From contig JAGCOW010000048.1 in assembly GCA_017642535.1 (NCBI GenBank), forward strand, positions 10,920 to 74,919: 64,000 nucleotides of DNA, given 5' to 3'. The notes beneath the pieces were generated by a model. The model saw only the letters and a list, made by a program, of their open reading frames with translations. It was not told the DNA's origin and searched no databases. Shown one piece after another: positions 48,315 to 57,320 of the stretch. Position numbers and translations under genes: made by a program. Within the stretch, counting starts at the first letter, position 1. Every line of letters begins with the position of its first letter. Source of the DNA: Bacteroidales bacterium (GTDB taxonomy: Bacteria; Bacteroidota; Bacteroidia; Bacteroidales; UBA1715).

Positions 48315-51131
48315 TTAGTTATCTTTATTTCGAGTTAGTAAAATCGCACCACCAATCAGAACCGCAGCACCTATACCTATTCCTAAAATAAGTTTTGTAT
48401 TGTCTTTCGTTGCCGAGTTGTCGGTTTGCTCATTGTTGCCCTGCGTAGCGTCGCCGCCCGAATATCGTTGCGACATATTAGCAACCGCCGTCGTGACGAG
48501 TGCCTTTCCTGTCTCCTTGATGTTCTGAGCCGCTTGGCTGCTTGCTATATTCTTGACTGTATCTTTTGCGTTCGATGTAAAGTTCTTAACACGTTCCTTC
48601 AACGGAGTTTTTTCTCCACTGGCAATCTTCGCTTGTCGGTTTTCCTTGAAATTCTGTATTCTGTTTTTCAAAGGAACTTTCTCGCCACTTGCTATTTTTG
48701 CCTGTCGGTTATCTTTTATTTTTTGTACGGTGTTCTTAACGGCGTTCTTAATCTTGCCGCTTGCAAACACTTTTTTCAAACCACCGAGGATTTTTGCCAA
48801 AATTCCACCTGCCGAAGCTGCACCGCTCGCTACCGTAGCTTCGGTTACAACTCCAAGACCATTTACAATGTAACCGTTCTCGATTAGTCCGAGGATTCCC
48901 TCTACTGCAACTTCAACCTCTTCACGTGTTTCGCTGTACGTAACATTCGGGTCGTTGCTCGATGTTGCACCTGCCTTTTTCAATTCGGCTTCGTCTTGGT
49001 CGTATTCAGAATCAATTGATTTTTTGTTTTTAAGAGCGGCTGCGGTAAGTTCCTTTACAGACAATTCGTCGCTTCCTTTCCAAACTTTTTTAGAACCTTT
49101 TTCGAGATTTTTTTTCAGCTTCGATTCCTTACCGCCTATTTTGGTAAAACTCTTTACAAGTTTATCGTAAGCATCTTTCGACGCTTTATATTGTTCAGAG
49201 GAAAGACCGAGTTTCGCCGCATCCGATTCACTCATAGTTCCCGGATACATACGTTCCGCCATTTTGAACATATTGAGCGAACAAGCCATAAGGATTATGG
49301 CACGTGCCACAAGTGTAACGGGATTGTACTTAACAACAAATTTCACTATCTTCTTTACGGCTTTCTTAACTGCTTGTGCAGTTTTCTTTGCCGCAGTTGC
49401 GACTGCCTTTCCTGTTTTCTTTGCAGCTGTCTTTACAGCATTTCCAGTTTTTTTAGCGGCCGTCTTTATGGCACTGCCTGTCTTTTTTGCTGCTTTCTTT
49501 ACTGCATTTCCAACCTTTTTGAAAAATTTCTTTCCAAGAGAATGTTTTTCCGCTTCGGCAATACGTTGTGCAAGTTTCGCCTTGAGCGTAGTATTTTTAG
49601 CAGCTTTCTGCAAAGATGCTTTCATAGCCGAAAGTTTCTTCGTCTTTTTAATACTTGCCTTACGTGCTTTCTTTACTGGCAATGATATTTTTGCAACGGC
49701 AGCACCAAGACTGTCGGCAAAATTCTCGTATTGCTCGTAATTCATTCCTGTACCGCATAACTTTTCAACGGCATCTGCGTTGTCCCAGTTGTTGATTGCG
49801 TAGCCAAGCAAACCACGAACATTCTCCAATTCGTCGGTGTCTTCAACATACAGTGCTGGATTTTCGTTAACTATTGCAAGCGTGTTTGCAAGAAGCTGTT
49901 TTGTGTCGTCGGTAGAACCGAGACCAACGCCGTTGAGCGTGCGTTTGATTACAGCTTTCTTTACCGCCGCATTGTTATTTACAGGTTTTACCATCGGATT
50001 GATTTTAGCAGCCGTTGGCAACGATTTTCCACCGTCTTTCTTCGATTTCTTCAATGCTTTGAAAAACGAGCGGATGCGACCTTGACGCTTCATAGCTCCA
50101 AGTCCCTGCATAAAATCATAGTATTCGTCATCGTTCATTCCGTCGCCCGAAAGTTGTGAAATCACAACGTCGAACGCTGGAGTTCCGAGATTCAACAACG
50201 CATATTCCAACGCACCAACCGTAACATCTTCGTTGTTGCGTGTCGCAAACAATTCATCGGAATGACGTTCAACGGCACGTGTTGTAGATTGTAGGTAGTT
50301 TTTAATCGAATCTCCGTCAACTCCGTTCAAGTTTTCGTAGAAATCGAGACCAAGCAAAACCGACTGAACATCGTCGTCGAAACCGTTGAGACCGCTCACG
50401 GCAGTTGCTACGTTTTGCGTAATAACCTTTGATTGTTTTGTAGCCTTGTCGGTTACAAGCGATTTCTTTGCTTTGCGGCTTTCCGCAATTTTTTTACGGA
50501 GATTGTTTTTTATCTTGTTAAGATACGGATTCGAGTTTACCACCTCGTTGGCATCTTTCGATATGTTTGCGTTGTTGTTAAGTTTCTTGATATTACGGAA
50601 GAAACCTGTCTTGCCTTTCTTTACCTTAATTGCTTTCTTTATTCCTTCTGTGGTTGCAACCGTACCAATTTCCTCGTATTCATCATTGTCGATAGGTTCA
50701 TCAACGCCAACCAAATCAACATCGTCGGCATCGTCGGCAAGATTTACCTTGATTGCACCAAGTCCAATCAATCTTTCTTCCTCTGCAACCATAGCGTCTA
50801 ATGCAGCCTCACGGTTTGCCGTGTCCCAATGTTGAAGCACGTAGCCCAACATTTTAGAGAAATCCTGCGGATTTTGGTAGTCGCGAATCGACTGCGGGTA
50901 TTTGTCGGCAACAATTTTTGTACGCACCAAATATGAACGGAGTTTTTCGGAATCTTCAACACTTCCGTCGCCTTGGAAACCTGCAAGGTCGTAGCCGTTA
51001 ACCAACGTGTCGATATTCTCTATCGTGTCGTTGTCGTATCCACGCAACACATCGGCAACAAGTTGAACCGTGTTGTCGTCATTATCAACGCCGTGAAGAA
51101 ATTCCAATGGTATGCCGTTTAATTCTTTCAT
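48315..51131 (-). CDS. 938-aa putative internal virion/DNA-delivery protein with C-terminal TM anchor
   Basis: Three YL..T...L.Y....W/L repeats, five 11-aa KxAAKKTG repeats, a 23-aa duplication, terminal LILGIGIGAAVLIGGAILL. Confidence 0.55.
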   Translation of the reverse strand: MKELNGIPLEFLHGVDNDDNTVQLVADVLRGYDNDTIENIDTLVNGYDLAGFQGDGSVEDSEKLRSYLVRTKIVADKYPQSIRDYQNPQDFSKMLGYVLQHWDTANREAALDAMVAEEERLIGLGAIKVNLADDADDVDLVGVDEPIDNDEYEEIGTVATTEGIKKAIKVKKGKTGFFRNIKKLNNNANISKDANEVVNSNPYLNKIKNNLRKKIAESRKAKKSLVTDKATKQSKVITQNVATAVSGLNGFDDDVQSVLLGLDFYENLNGVDGDSIKNYLQSTTRAVERHSDELFATRNNEDVTVGALEYALLNLGTPAFDVVISQLSGDGMNDDEYYDFMQGLGAMKRQGRIRSFFKALKKSKKDGGKSLPTAAKINPMVKPVNNNAAVKKAVIKRTLNGVGLGSTDDTKQLLANTLAIVNENPALYVEDTDELENVRGLLGYAINNWDNADAVEKLCGTGMNYEQYENFADSLGAAVAKISLPVKKARKASIKKTKKLSAMKASLQKAAKNTTLKAKLAQRIAEAEKHSLGKKFFKKVGNAVKKAAKKTGSAIKTAAKKTGNAVKTAAKKTGKAVATAAKKTAQAVKKAVKKIVKFVVKYNPVTLVARAIILMACSLNMFKMAERMYPGTMSESDAAKLGLSSEQYKASKDAYDKLVKSFTKIGGKESKLKKNLEKGSKKVWKGSDELSVKELTAAALKNKKSIDSEYDQDEAELKKAGATSSNDPNVTYSETREEVEVAVEGILGLIENGYIVNGLGVVTEATVASGAASAGGILAKILGGLKKVFASGKIKNAVKNTVQKIKDNRQAKIASGEKVPLKNRIQNFKENRQAKIASGEKTPLKERVKNFTSNAKDTVKNIASSQAAQNIKETGKALVTTAVANMSQRYSGGDATQGNNEQTDNSATKDNTKLILGIGIGAAVLIGGAILLTRNKDN

Positions 51132-52195
51132 AAATCAAGATATTTTGATGTTGTTTTTTCGGTGAAACAAGTGTCGAGAACAGGGTCGCACACGTAGTAA
51201 CCGCCAGTGTATGGGACAATCACATACACGTGCTGGTAGTATGGCTTACCGTTGTATGCCGCAATACGGAACTTGAACGGTATGTTAAGATTCGTTAGTA
51301 TAGACCCAATAAGCGTAGCGTAGCAGTCGCAATCGCCTTTTTGGTCGTAGAGAGTACGCAACGGACGGCGGACTTGTTCTTTCAGTTTGTTATCGGGAAC
51401 ATATTGGATATGCTCGTACACAAAATCGAAAATCGCCTGTATTGTATCTTTCAGATTGTCACGTTTCAAAGTCTTTGCCAATTCCGCTGTGTCGGATGCG
51501 TAGTTTGTTGCTACCTTGTGCATAAGTGCCACGGTGTCGTTCACGGTTGCATCGGGAATAACAATCAGACCTTGCTGTTTAAGTTCCGACTGCGGCGGAA
51601 TAAGGTGCTGGTACTCTTTGAGTGATTTAAGCGTACGCACCTTGTTCGCCACCAATCCCAAACCCGAAACTGTTTTACCGTTATTAGGATTTACCTTGTT
51701 GGTTTCTCCAAATTTCTCTGTAAATTCATACACAAGTGTATTGTTGATTATGCAAGTAACATCAGCGGTTATTTTCTTTACTATCTCGTTGTAGTTTTGA
51801 GTAGTAATGAGCGATTGAACCATTGCACCTGCGACTTGGACAAGATTCGAAAGTGGAATAGACACAACAATGTTCGACAACGTGCTTTTTGCGTTCTTCT
51901 TAATAAGAACCTTTTGCGTATTTGGTTTAAGAGAGCCAACTACTACATTGTTGTACTTTAATATTACATTGGATATTGATATTGTTACTTCCTGTTCGGT
52001 ATTATTCTCGAAATCGAGAGCTACAGGAATATTGAGTGCGGAATTTTTGAAGTTGATTCGTTTTACACCTCCGTCAATACGTGGAGTAATCATCAATTGC
52101 TCTACAAAAGAAACAAGAGACTTGCCTTTGAGTAGCAACCAACCGCCAGCTAATCCAGCTGCCAAAAACAATATTGTTTTAATTCCTTTCCCCAT
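51128..52195 (-). CDS. TM + LEA_2-like domain + transglutaminase-fold cysteine protease
   Basis: IFDFVYEHIQY, GDCDC, HVY and CDP give a Cys-His-Asp triad. Confidence 0.8.
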   Translation of the reverse strand: MGKGIKTILFLAAGLAGGWLLLKGKSLVSFVEQLMITPRIDGGVKRINFKNSALNIPVALDFENNTEQEVTISISNVILKYNNVVVGSLKPNTQKVLIKKNAKSTLSNIVVSIPLSNLVQVAGAMVQSLITTQNYNEIVKKITADVTCIINNTLVYEFTEKFGETNKVNPNNGKTVSGLGLVANKVRTLKSLKEYQHLIPPQSELKQQGLIVIPDATVNDTVALMHKVATNYASDTAELAKTLKRDNLKDTIQAIFDFVYEHIQYVPDNKLKEQVRRPLRTLYDQKGDCDCYATLIGSILTNLNIPFKFRIAAYNGKPYYQHVYVIVPYTGGYYVCDPVLDTCFTEKTTSKYLDL

Positions 52196-52230
52196 ATCGG
52201 GGGCAATGTTACAACTCCCGATTTTGGCGA

Positions 52231-52300
52231 TTTACCTTTTTTTACCTTTTCTTACCTCTTTTTACCTTTTCTTACCTTTTTGGAACTTTTTTTACCTTTT
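52231..52300. repeat. Seven phased 10-bp units (consensus TTTACCTTTT) upstream of the late operon
   Basis: tttacctttt, tttacctttt, cttacctctt, tttacctttt, cttacctttt, tggaactttt, tttacctttt. Confidence 0.9.
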
Positions 52301-52305
52301 ACAAA

Positions 52306-52653
52306 CTAAAGTTTCTCAAAGTAAAATTTTCCACACCATTCATTATGTTTTATTATTCCATATTTCATTGCAAGCCGAGATTGAAATGAATCTACGCACG
52401 TTCTTTGTAATTGATTGAAAATTCGTTTTCTGAAACCTGCAATATCGTTTGTCCCTTTGTAAAAATTACATTGTCGGCAGGAAGGATTTAAGTTTTCAAC
52501 TGAATTATCTATCGGCTTGCCATTTATCATACTTCGGTATTTGGGATTTATGTGGTCTATCTGCATATCCTCAATACGCAACTCGCAACCACAATACGCA
52601 CAATGTCCGTTGTATTTGTCAAATATGGTTTGTCTAACATTCTTGTTTGCCAT
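52306..52653 (-). CDS. HNH endonuclease
   Basis: CAYCG, IDHINP, NLNPSCRQCNFYK motifs. Confidence 0.9.
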   Translation of the reverse strand: MANKNVRQTIFDKYNGHCAYCGCELRIEDMQIDHINPKYRSMINGKPIDNSVENLNPSCRQCNFYKGTNDIAGFRKRIFNQLQRTCVDSFQSRLAMKYGIIKHNEWCGKFYFEKL

Positions 52654-52714
52654 TGTTCAAATCTTTCGTTCAACAATTCTTCAATCATTGTGCCTTATGT
52701 ACCTTCATAACCAA

Positions 52715-53086
52715 TCAAATCAATTTTTCCTCAAAAAGATAACAAATCACATTATATACAGAATCAATAAGTTTTTGTTCACAATATCCAATACCATTTT
52801 CGTTTTTATCTAAATACCGAACATACCAATAACTTTCATATTTATCTATTTTTAGGCATAGTTTATCAACACCCACTTCGATTTCATTTGGTAATAAATC
52901 CATCAATGCTGACAAACTCCACGAAGGAATTGATTTTTCTTGCAATTTGGAATCGGTTGGTATAACTGACGGATATTTGGCAAAACCAAATTTATGCCCA
53001 AAGTGTTGGTATTGCATATCTGCCGTATCGGCACTCAATCCAAATTCTAACAACCTATAACTTTGTTCTATAGTTGTACTTTCCAT
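52715..53086 (-). CDS. Conserved Bacteroidales phage hypothetical protein
   Basis: TTIEQS.RLL..GL..DTADM and PSWSLSALMDLLP pattern. Confidence 0.6.
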   Translation of the reverse strand: MESTTIEQSYRLLEFGLSADTADMQYQHFGHKFGFAKYPSVIPTDSKLQEKSIPSWSLSALMDLLPNEIEVGVDKLCLKIDKYESYWYVRYLDKNENGIGYCEQKLIDSVYNVICYLFEEKLI

Positions 53087-53096
53087 ATTCGTTATT

Positions 53097-53555
53097 TTAG
53101 AATTTATACGAAGTTCCTTTTAGTTCAACCTTTTCTATTCCTGCACGTTCAATAAGTATGACAAGATAGTCTTTCATAGCACGGATTTGTCTGTCATAAA
53201 TTTCTCTCGGACAAGTTGGTGTAAATTCTAATTCACCCTTGTCCCATTTTTCAACCATTCTATTTAAGGAACAAAGTCGTTCCAATAGTTGTTCATACTC
53301 GGCTTCAAATCTTTCTTTATAATCGCTTGAAACCATACGTTCAATCGTATTCGCTAACGGTGTTAGTTTATATAAGGGCATTTCTTTTTCAAATTCACTT
53401 TTTGTACACCACGATTTGCAGCCTTCGTAGGTCAATTCGTAACCCTCACCGTGATAATCTTGCACTAAATCTGCGTAACCCTCTTTCTTTGCCGTTTCCG
53501 AATCCATTGGCTTTGCCGAAACGGGATAAATGCTTATGTATTCCATATATTTCAT
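53097..53555 (-). CDS. Phage protein, crAss001_48-like
   Basis: DYKERF.AEY.QL..R...L..M..KW..G.L.FTP.CP pattern. Confidence 0.6.
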   Translation of the reverse strand: MKYMEYISIYPVSAKPMDSETAKKEGYADLVQDYHGEGYELTYEGCKSWCTKSEFEKEMPLYKLTPLANTIERMVSSDYKERFEAEYEQLLERLCSLNRMVEKWDKGELEFTPTCPREIYDRQIRAMKDYLVILIERAGIEKVELKGTSYKF

Positions 53556-53938
53556 ATTATTTTGTCTTTTTTAAGTTTGTTGTTAAGTTCTTTTATTTTA
53601 ATTTCTCTGTATGCTTCAACCTCTTTCAAAGTAATACACCCAAGTTCACTATATAATTGTTCTGGTGTACTGCCTTTGTATCTTTTTAACATACATTGCA
53701 TCATATAGGCATAAATATATTTACGTGCCTTTGAATTTTCGTTTACCGTGAATATAGTAGTAGTATAATGTTTTTTTAATTTTCTCGGCAATTTCACTAA
53801 ACATTTTGGCAATCTTCTTCCTTTCTGTTTTAGTTCAAGTTCTTTTGCACGTCGAATATCATATGGTGTATACTCCATTAGTTGAATTTTATTACAGAGT
53901 TCTTTATATTCATTACTCTCATTTATTGTTAATTTCAT
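53552..53938 (-). CDS. Hypothetical protein
   Basis: 128-aa ORF overlapping the next gene by ATGA. Confidence 0.5.
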   Translation of the reverse strand: MKLTINESNEYKELCNKIQLMEYTPYDIRRAKELELKQKGRRLPKCLVKLPRKLKKHYTTTIFTVNENSKARKYIYAYMMQCMLKRYKGSTPEQLYSELGCITLKEVEAYREIKIKELNNKLKKDKII

Positions 53939-54012
53939 AGTTCTATCATTTTAGTTTTTATCTTATTGTCTTAAACAGTGGTTTATCCGTTTCTCCAAGA
54001 TAAAATACTGAC

Positions 54013-55002
54013 TTAACTGTTTTTACATTTTTCCCTATACAATGTGCCGCAAGTATTCTTGCTATTGTTGTCTCCGCTGAATTGCTTTGACAGGAATTGC
54101 ACTTTTGTTAAAGCAAAACGATTGAACGTGGTAAGAACTCCACAAGGTTTGTATATTGAAAGTGCAGTATCTTTAGGTGCTACGTCGTTGTATCGTGAAA
54201 GAAACGCTTTTTGTCCACCTGCAACGAACTTAATCAGTCCTGCATAGATTCGTGCAAGCGTTTTTTCCGACAGTGGTTTTTCACGAAAAATTGTATTTCC
54301 CTCGTTATCGAGTTCCAGTACTTGATAAACGCCTTCCCACTTTTTTAGAGCGAACATTCCTTTTGTAGGATTCTTTTCGTGTGTTGGTTCTGGAAATACG
54401 ATTGGTAAATCTCCTTTTGCAAATATTCCAAAAAATCGAGTGCGACTGGTATAAGCACCGAAATCTGCCGAATTGAGCATACGATACGAGAAATCATACC
54501 CACGGCTGCGGACGTTTGAAACCCATCTGATGAACTTCGTCCCTTTGTCTCTACTCAACGGTTTTCCGTTTGCATCCAAATCGCCCCAACACATAAACTC
54601 TTTCACATTCTCAATCTGTATGTAGTCGGGATCAAGAGCGTCTATGTAACGAAACAGATGTTCTGCGAGTGTGCGGCTGTCTGCATCACGGGGTAAACCT
54701 CCCTTTGCATTGCTGAAATTAGTACATTCAAGAGAAGCCCACAGCACTATGAATGCGTTTGGATTTTCTGCACGCTTTTTTGCAACGTGCTTTGTTAATT
54801 CAGTAAGGTCAAGTGTGCGTATATCCTCTGTGTAATGCACGGCATTGGGATGGTTTGCCGCGTGACTTGCGATGGCATTCTTATCGTGGTTGACGCACGC
54901 TATTACTTCGGCACACTTTTCACCGTCGAATATTGCACGTTCAACGCCAGTGCTTGTGCCGCCAGCACCACAAAAAAGGTCGATGTAAAGAAGTTGTTTC
55001 AT
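54013..55002 (-). pseudogene. C5-cytosine DNA methyltransferase, C-terminally truncated
   Basis: DLFCGAGG, SLEC, ENV and R.R motifs present; motifs IX-X (GNAV) absent. Confidence 0.7.
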
Positions 55003-55025
55003 TTTTTATCACTCATTAAAAAATT

Positions 55026-55580
55026 TTAAAACTTGTAATTCATTCCTATCATTACTCCAACGCCAGTTCCAAACTGACGGTGTGAAAGGTCGTAGCCAGC
55101 ATATAAGCCGCACGATGTTCCAAAACCGAAACGCCGCCGCCGTTCTTGTTTCGTAATAGTTTGCACAACGGTGGTATTTCTCCGTGCAACCGAAACAAAC
55201 ATACTGTCCAACGACTGACGGTAACCGCTCACGTATGCCGTGTAGCTCAACGTGTCGGAATCGGTACGGAGCGTATCGACAAACATTTTTTGCGAAATAG
55301 GAATTTCGGCAACAACAGGTAAACTGTCGGCTGACGTGAAAACCGTGTCGGTAACATAACGGACAATATAGCGGTATTTCTCAATCTCTACTGGCTCGCT
55401 GTATAACGTGTCGTGGTGAATTTCGATTATAGTGTCGGTTTCGGTGCGTACTTCAACACGCTCATTGACCATTTCACGCAAAATCAAATATCCGAACGAC
55501 GCAAGCGGAATAAGCATTATTAGCAACAAAAACGCATTCACGCAAAATCTTTTTACCGATTCACTTATTTTTCTTTTCAT
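55026..55580 (-). CDS. Membrane-anchored protein (DUF6808/spanin-like)
   Basis: N-terminal TM; DT-rich linker; IPISQK..YTAYVSGY..LDS; C-terminal beta hairpin ending in Phe. Confidence 0.55.
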   Translation of the reverse strand: MKRKISESVKRFCVNAFLLLIMLIPLASFGYLILREMVNERVEVRTETDTIIEIHHDTLYSEPVEIEKYRYIVRYVTDTVFTSADSLPVVAEIPISQKMFVDTLRTDSDTLSYTAYVSGYRQSLDSMFVSVARRNTTVVQTITKQERRRRFGFGTSCGLYAGYDLSHRQFGTGVGVMIGMNYKF

Positions 55581-55755
55581 TTGCTTGTGTTTTATTGATT
55601 TTACTTGGATAGATACGCTGTGTTAGTTCATATCCTTGGCCACGGTCGCAAAACACGTGCTCGCAATTCGTAGCGTCGGTTATACGAACCATATTGCCGT
55701 CGGACAAAACCGACAGGAAAGGCATCTTCAATATCACATCAGTTCTCAGTATCAT
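55561..55755 (-). CDS. Hypothetical protein
   Basis: 64-aa ORF overlapping both neighbours. Confidence 0.45.
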   Translation of the reverse strand: MILRTDVILKMPFLSVLSDGNMVRITDATNCEHVFCDRGQGYELTQRIYPSKINKTQANEKKNK

Positions 55756-56852
55756 TCGTCCTTTGATTTTGTGATTTTGTATTTCAAATTGAATTTTTTA
55801 CCGAATGTATCTTTAGCTATTTCAACAGCAACATCAATGTGTGTTTCAATGAAATCGTATATTGGTTTCTTGCACTGAAGAATGTATGATGATTGTGAGT
55901 CGTCAAATTTGAAGTCTTCAATCATAGACACAAACGCCGTACGTTGTTTCATTCCTGTCTTCTCAATGAGTTTTGCAATGAAATCGACAAATTTCTTCGG
56001 GAACCTCGCATCCATATCGTCGCATTTCCAAAGCCGAACCGCAGCCGCAACATTTGTAATCTTTTGCCCGTTGCTCTTTCTCCAGTCCTGCGACGAATAG
56101 TGGTCAATGAACCTGCCTGTTTCCTTGTCGGGGTTTTTCCTGTTGAGTAGGAAAAATTGATAATAAATATTCAAATAACCTCTCTCTTTCTCTGTGGCTT
56201 CGCCACCATTTCCCGACGAAAGAGAGGGAGATAAAGAGAGAGAGTTATTATTTAATTTAATATTATCTGATTTAATATTATCTAATATAATTGGTGGTTC
56301 ATTTGATGAACTTGTAGATGTGTTTTTATTATCAAGTGATTTATCATTTGATATATCGCTTGATGAATTATTTTCATCATTTGATATATCATTTGATATT
56401 TTATTACTATCATTTGATGTATCATTTGGTAAATTATTCTTATTATTTTGTTCATCACTTGGTGGTAAATTCATTTCCATCTGTCCGTCGTTCTGCTGTC
56501 TGCGTCGTGCTTCGGCGGCTGCACGGCTCGCCTTTTTGCGTTGCTCTACAAGATTGTTATATTCCTGTATTTCACGGGAAACACGGTTGCTCGAAAGTTG
56601 TCCGTCTTTAATGACGAATAATCCAAAATCCTCGCATACTTTTTTGATTGTGTTTTCATCGACACGGATATTGTACGACAACCTTTTTAGGTTGTATTCC
56701 ACAGTTCCGTTTTGACGGTACAGGCGTTCTACTATTCGCCAGTAGATTCCGTAGCCTTCGTTGCCGAGTTCATAGAGCAAATCCTGTAGTTTGCTGTCCT
56801 CGTCGGCAAGAAAATCGTGTTTGAAATAATGTTTTTCCATATTGAGAGCCAT
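55752..56852 (-). CDS. Phage replication initiator (DUF4373/Lin1244-like N-terminus)
   Basis: YFKHD...D.KL..L...G..GYGIYW.IVE.L; low-complexity SND linker; F..HY...W....G..I.N..AA.R.W. Confidence 0.8.
   Translation of the reverse strand: MALNMEKHYFKHDFLADEDSKLQDLLYELGNEGYGIYWRIVERLYRQNGTVEYNLKRLSYNIRVDENTIKKVCEDFGLFVIKDGQLSSNRVSREIQEYNNLVEQRKKASRAAAEARRRQQNDGQMEMNLPPSDEQNNKNNLPNDTSNDSNKISNDISNDENNSSSDISNDKSLDNKNTSTSSSNEPPIILDNIKSDNIKLNNNSLSLSPSLSSGNGGEATEKERGYLNIYYQFFLLNRKNPDKETGRFIDHYSSQDWRKSNGQKITNVAAAVRLWKCDDMDARFPKKFVDFIAKLIEKTGMKQRTAFVSMIEDFKFDDSQSSYILQCKKPIYDFIETHIDVAVEIAKDTFGKKFNLKYKITKSKDE
56299..56463. repeat. Iteron-like TCATTTGAT repeats inside the rep gene (putative origin)
   Basis: Exact copies at 56299, 56344, 56377, 56389 and 56410; variants near 56357, 56422 and 56455; AT-rich flank. 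Confidence 0.65.
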
Positions 56853-57320
56853 AAATAGTTTACAATGATTCGTAGTATGTAATTATTCTATCGAGAGAGT
56901 TTACAAGAACGCCCATATACACTGCTTCGTCGCTTCGTTCAACGTCGATTCCCTCGGTGGTTATCCGTTCTATAATCTTGTCGTTCATTTGCTACACCAC
57001 GTTCCGCATATCACGGAGCGACTGGATGTCTTTGTCTTGCAATACTCTTACGTGTTCCATATTTCTATTTTTTTATGTTAAAATGACACATCTTGAAGAA
57101 GCTTCGGTGCGTGGATACTCAATGTGTCGCAACTACTTCGCTACTCGTGCTTTTAGACGTCGTATTACACACTTCCGCTTTTCGTTGTCAGTTCAACTAT
57201 TGACACAAGGCAGGGATTCGAACCCTGCAACCCTAACCGCTACTACAATGCATTATTACAGTTGTCAAAGCCAGTAATCGTTACATTTTTGACAGTAGCA
57301 GCAATTATACACGATACCCC

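Noticed and set aside
52231-52300. CRISPR array (also considered for 45890-46080 and 56299-56463)
   Set aside because: Units are 9-21 bp with no unique spacers, and no cas genes are seen
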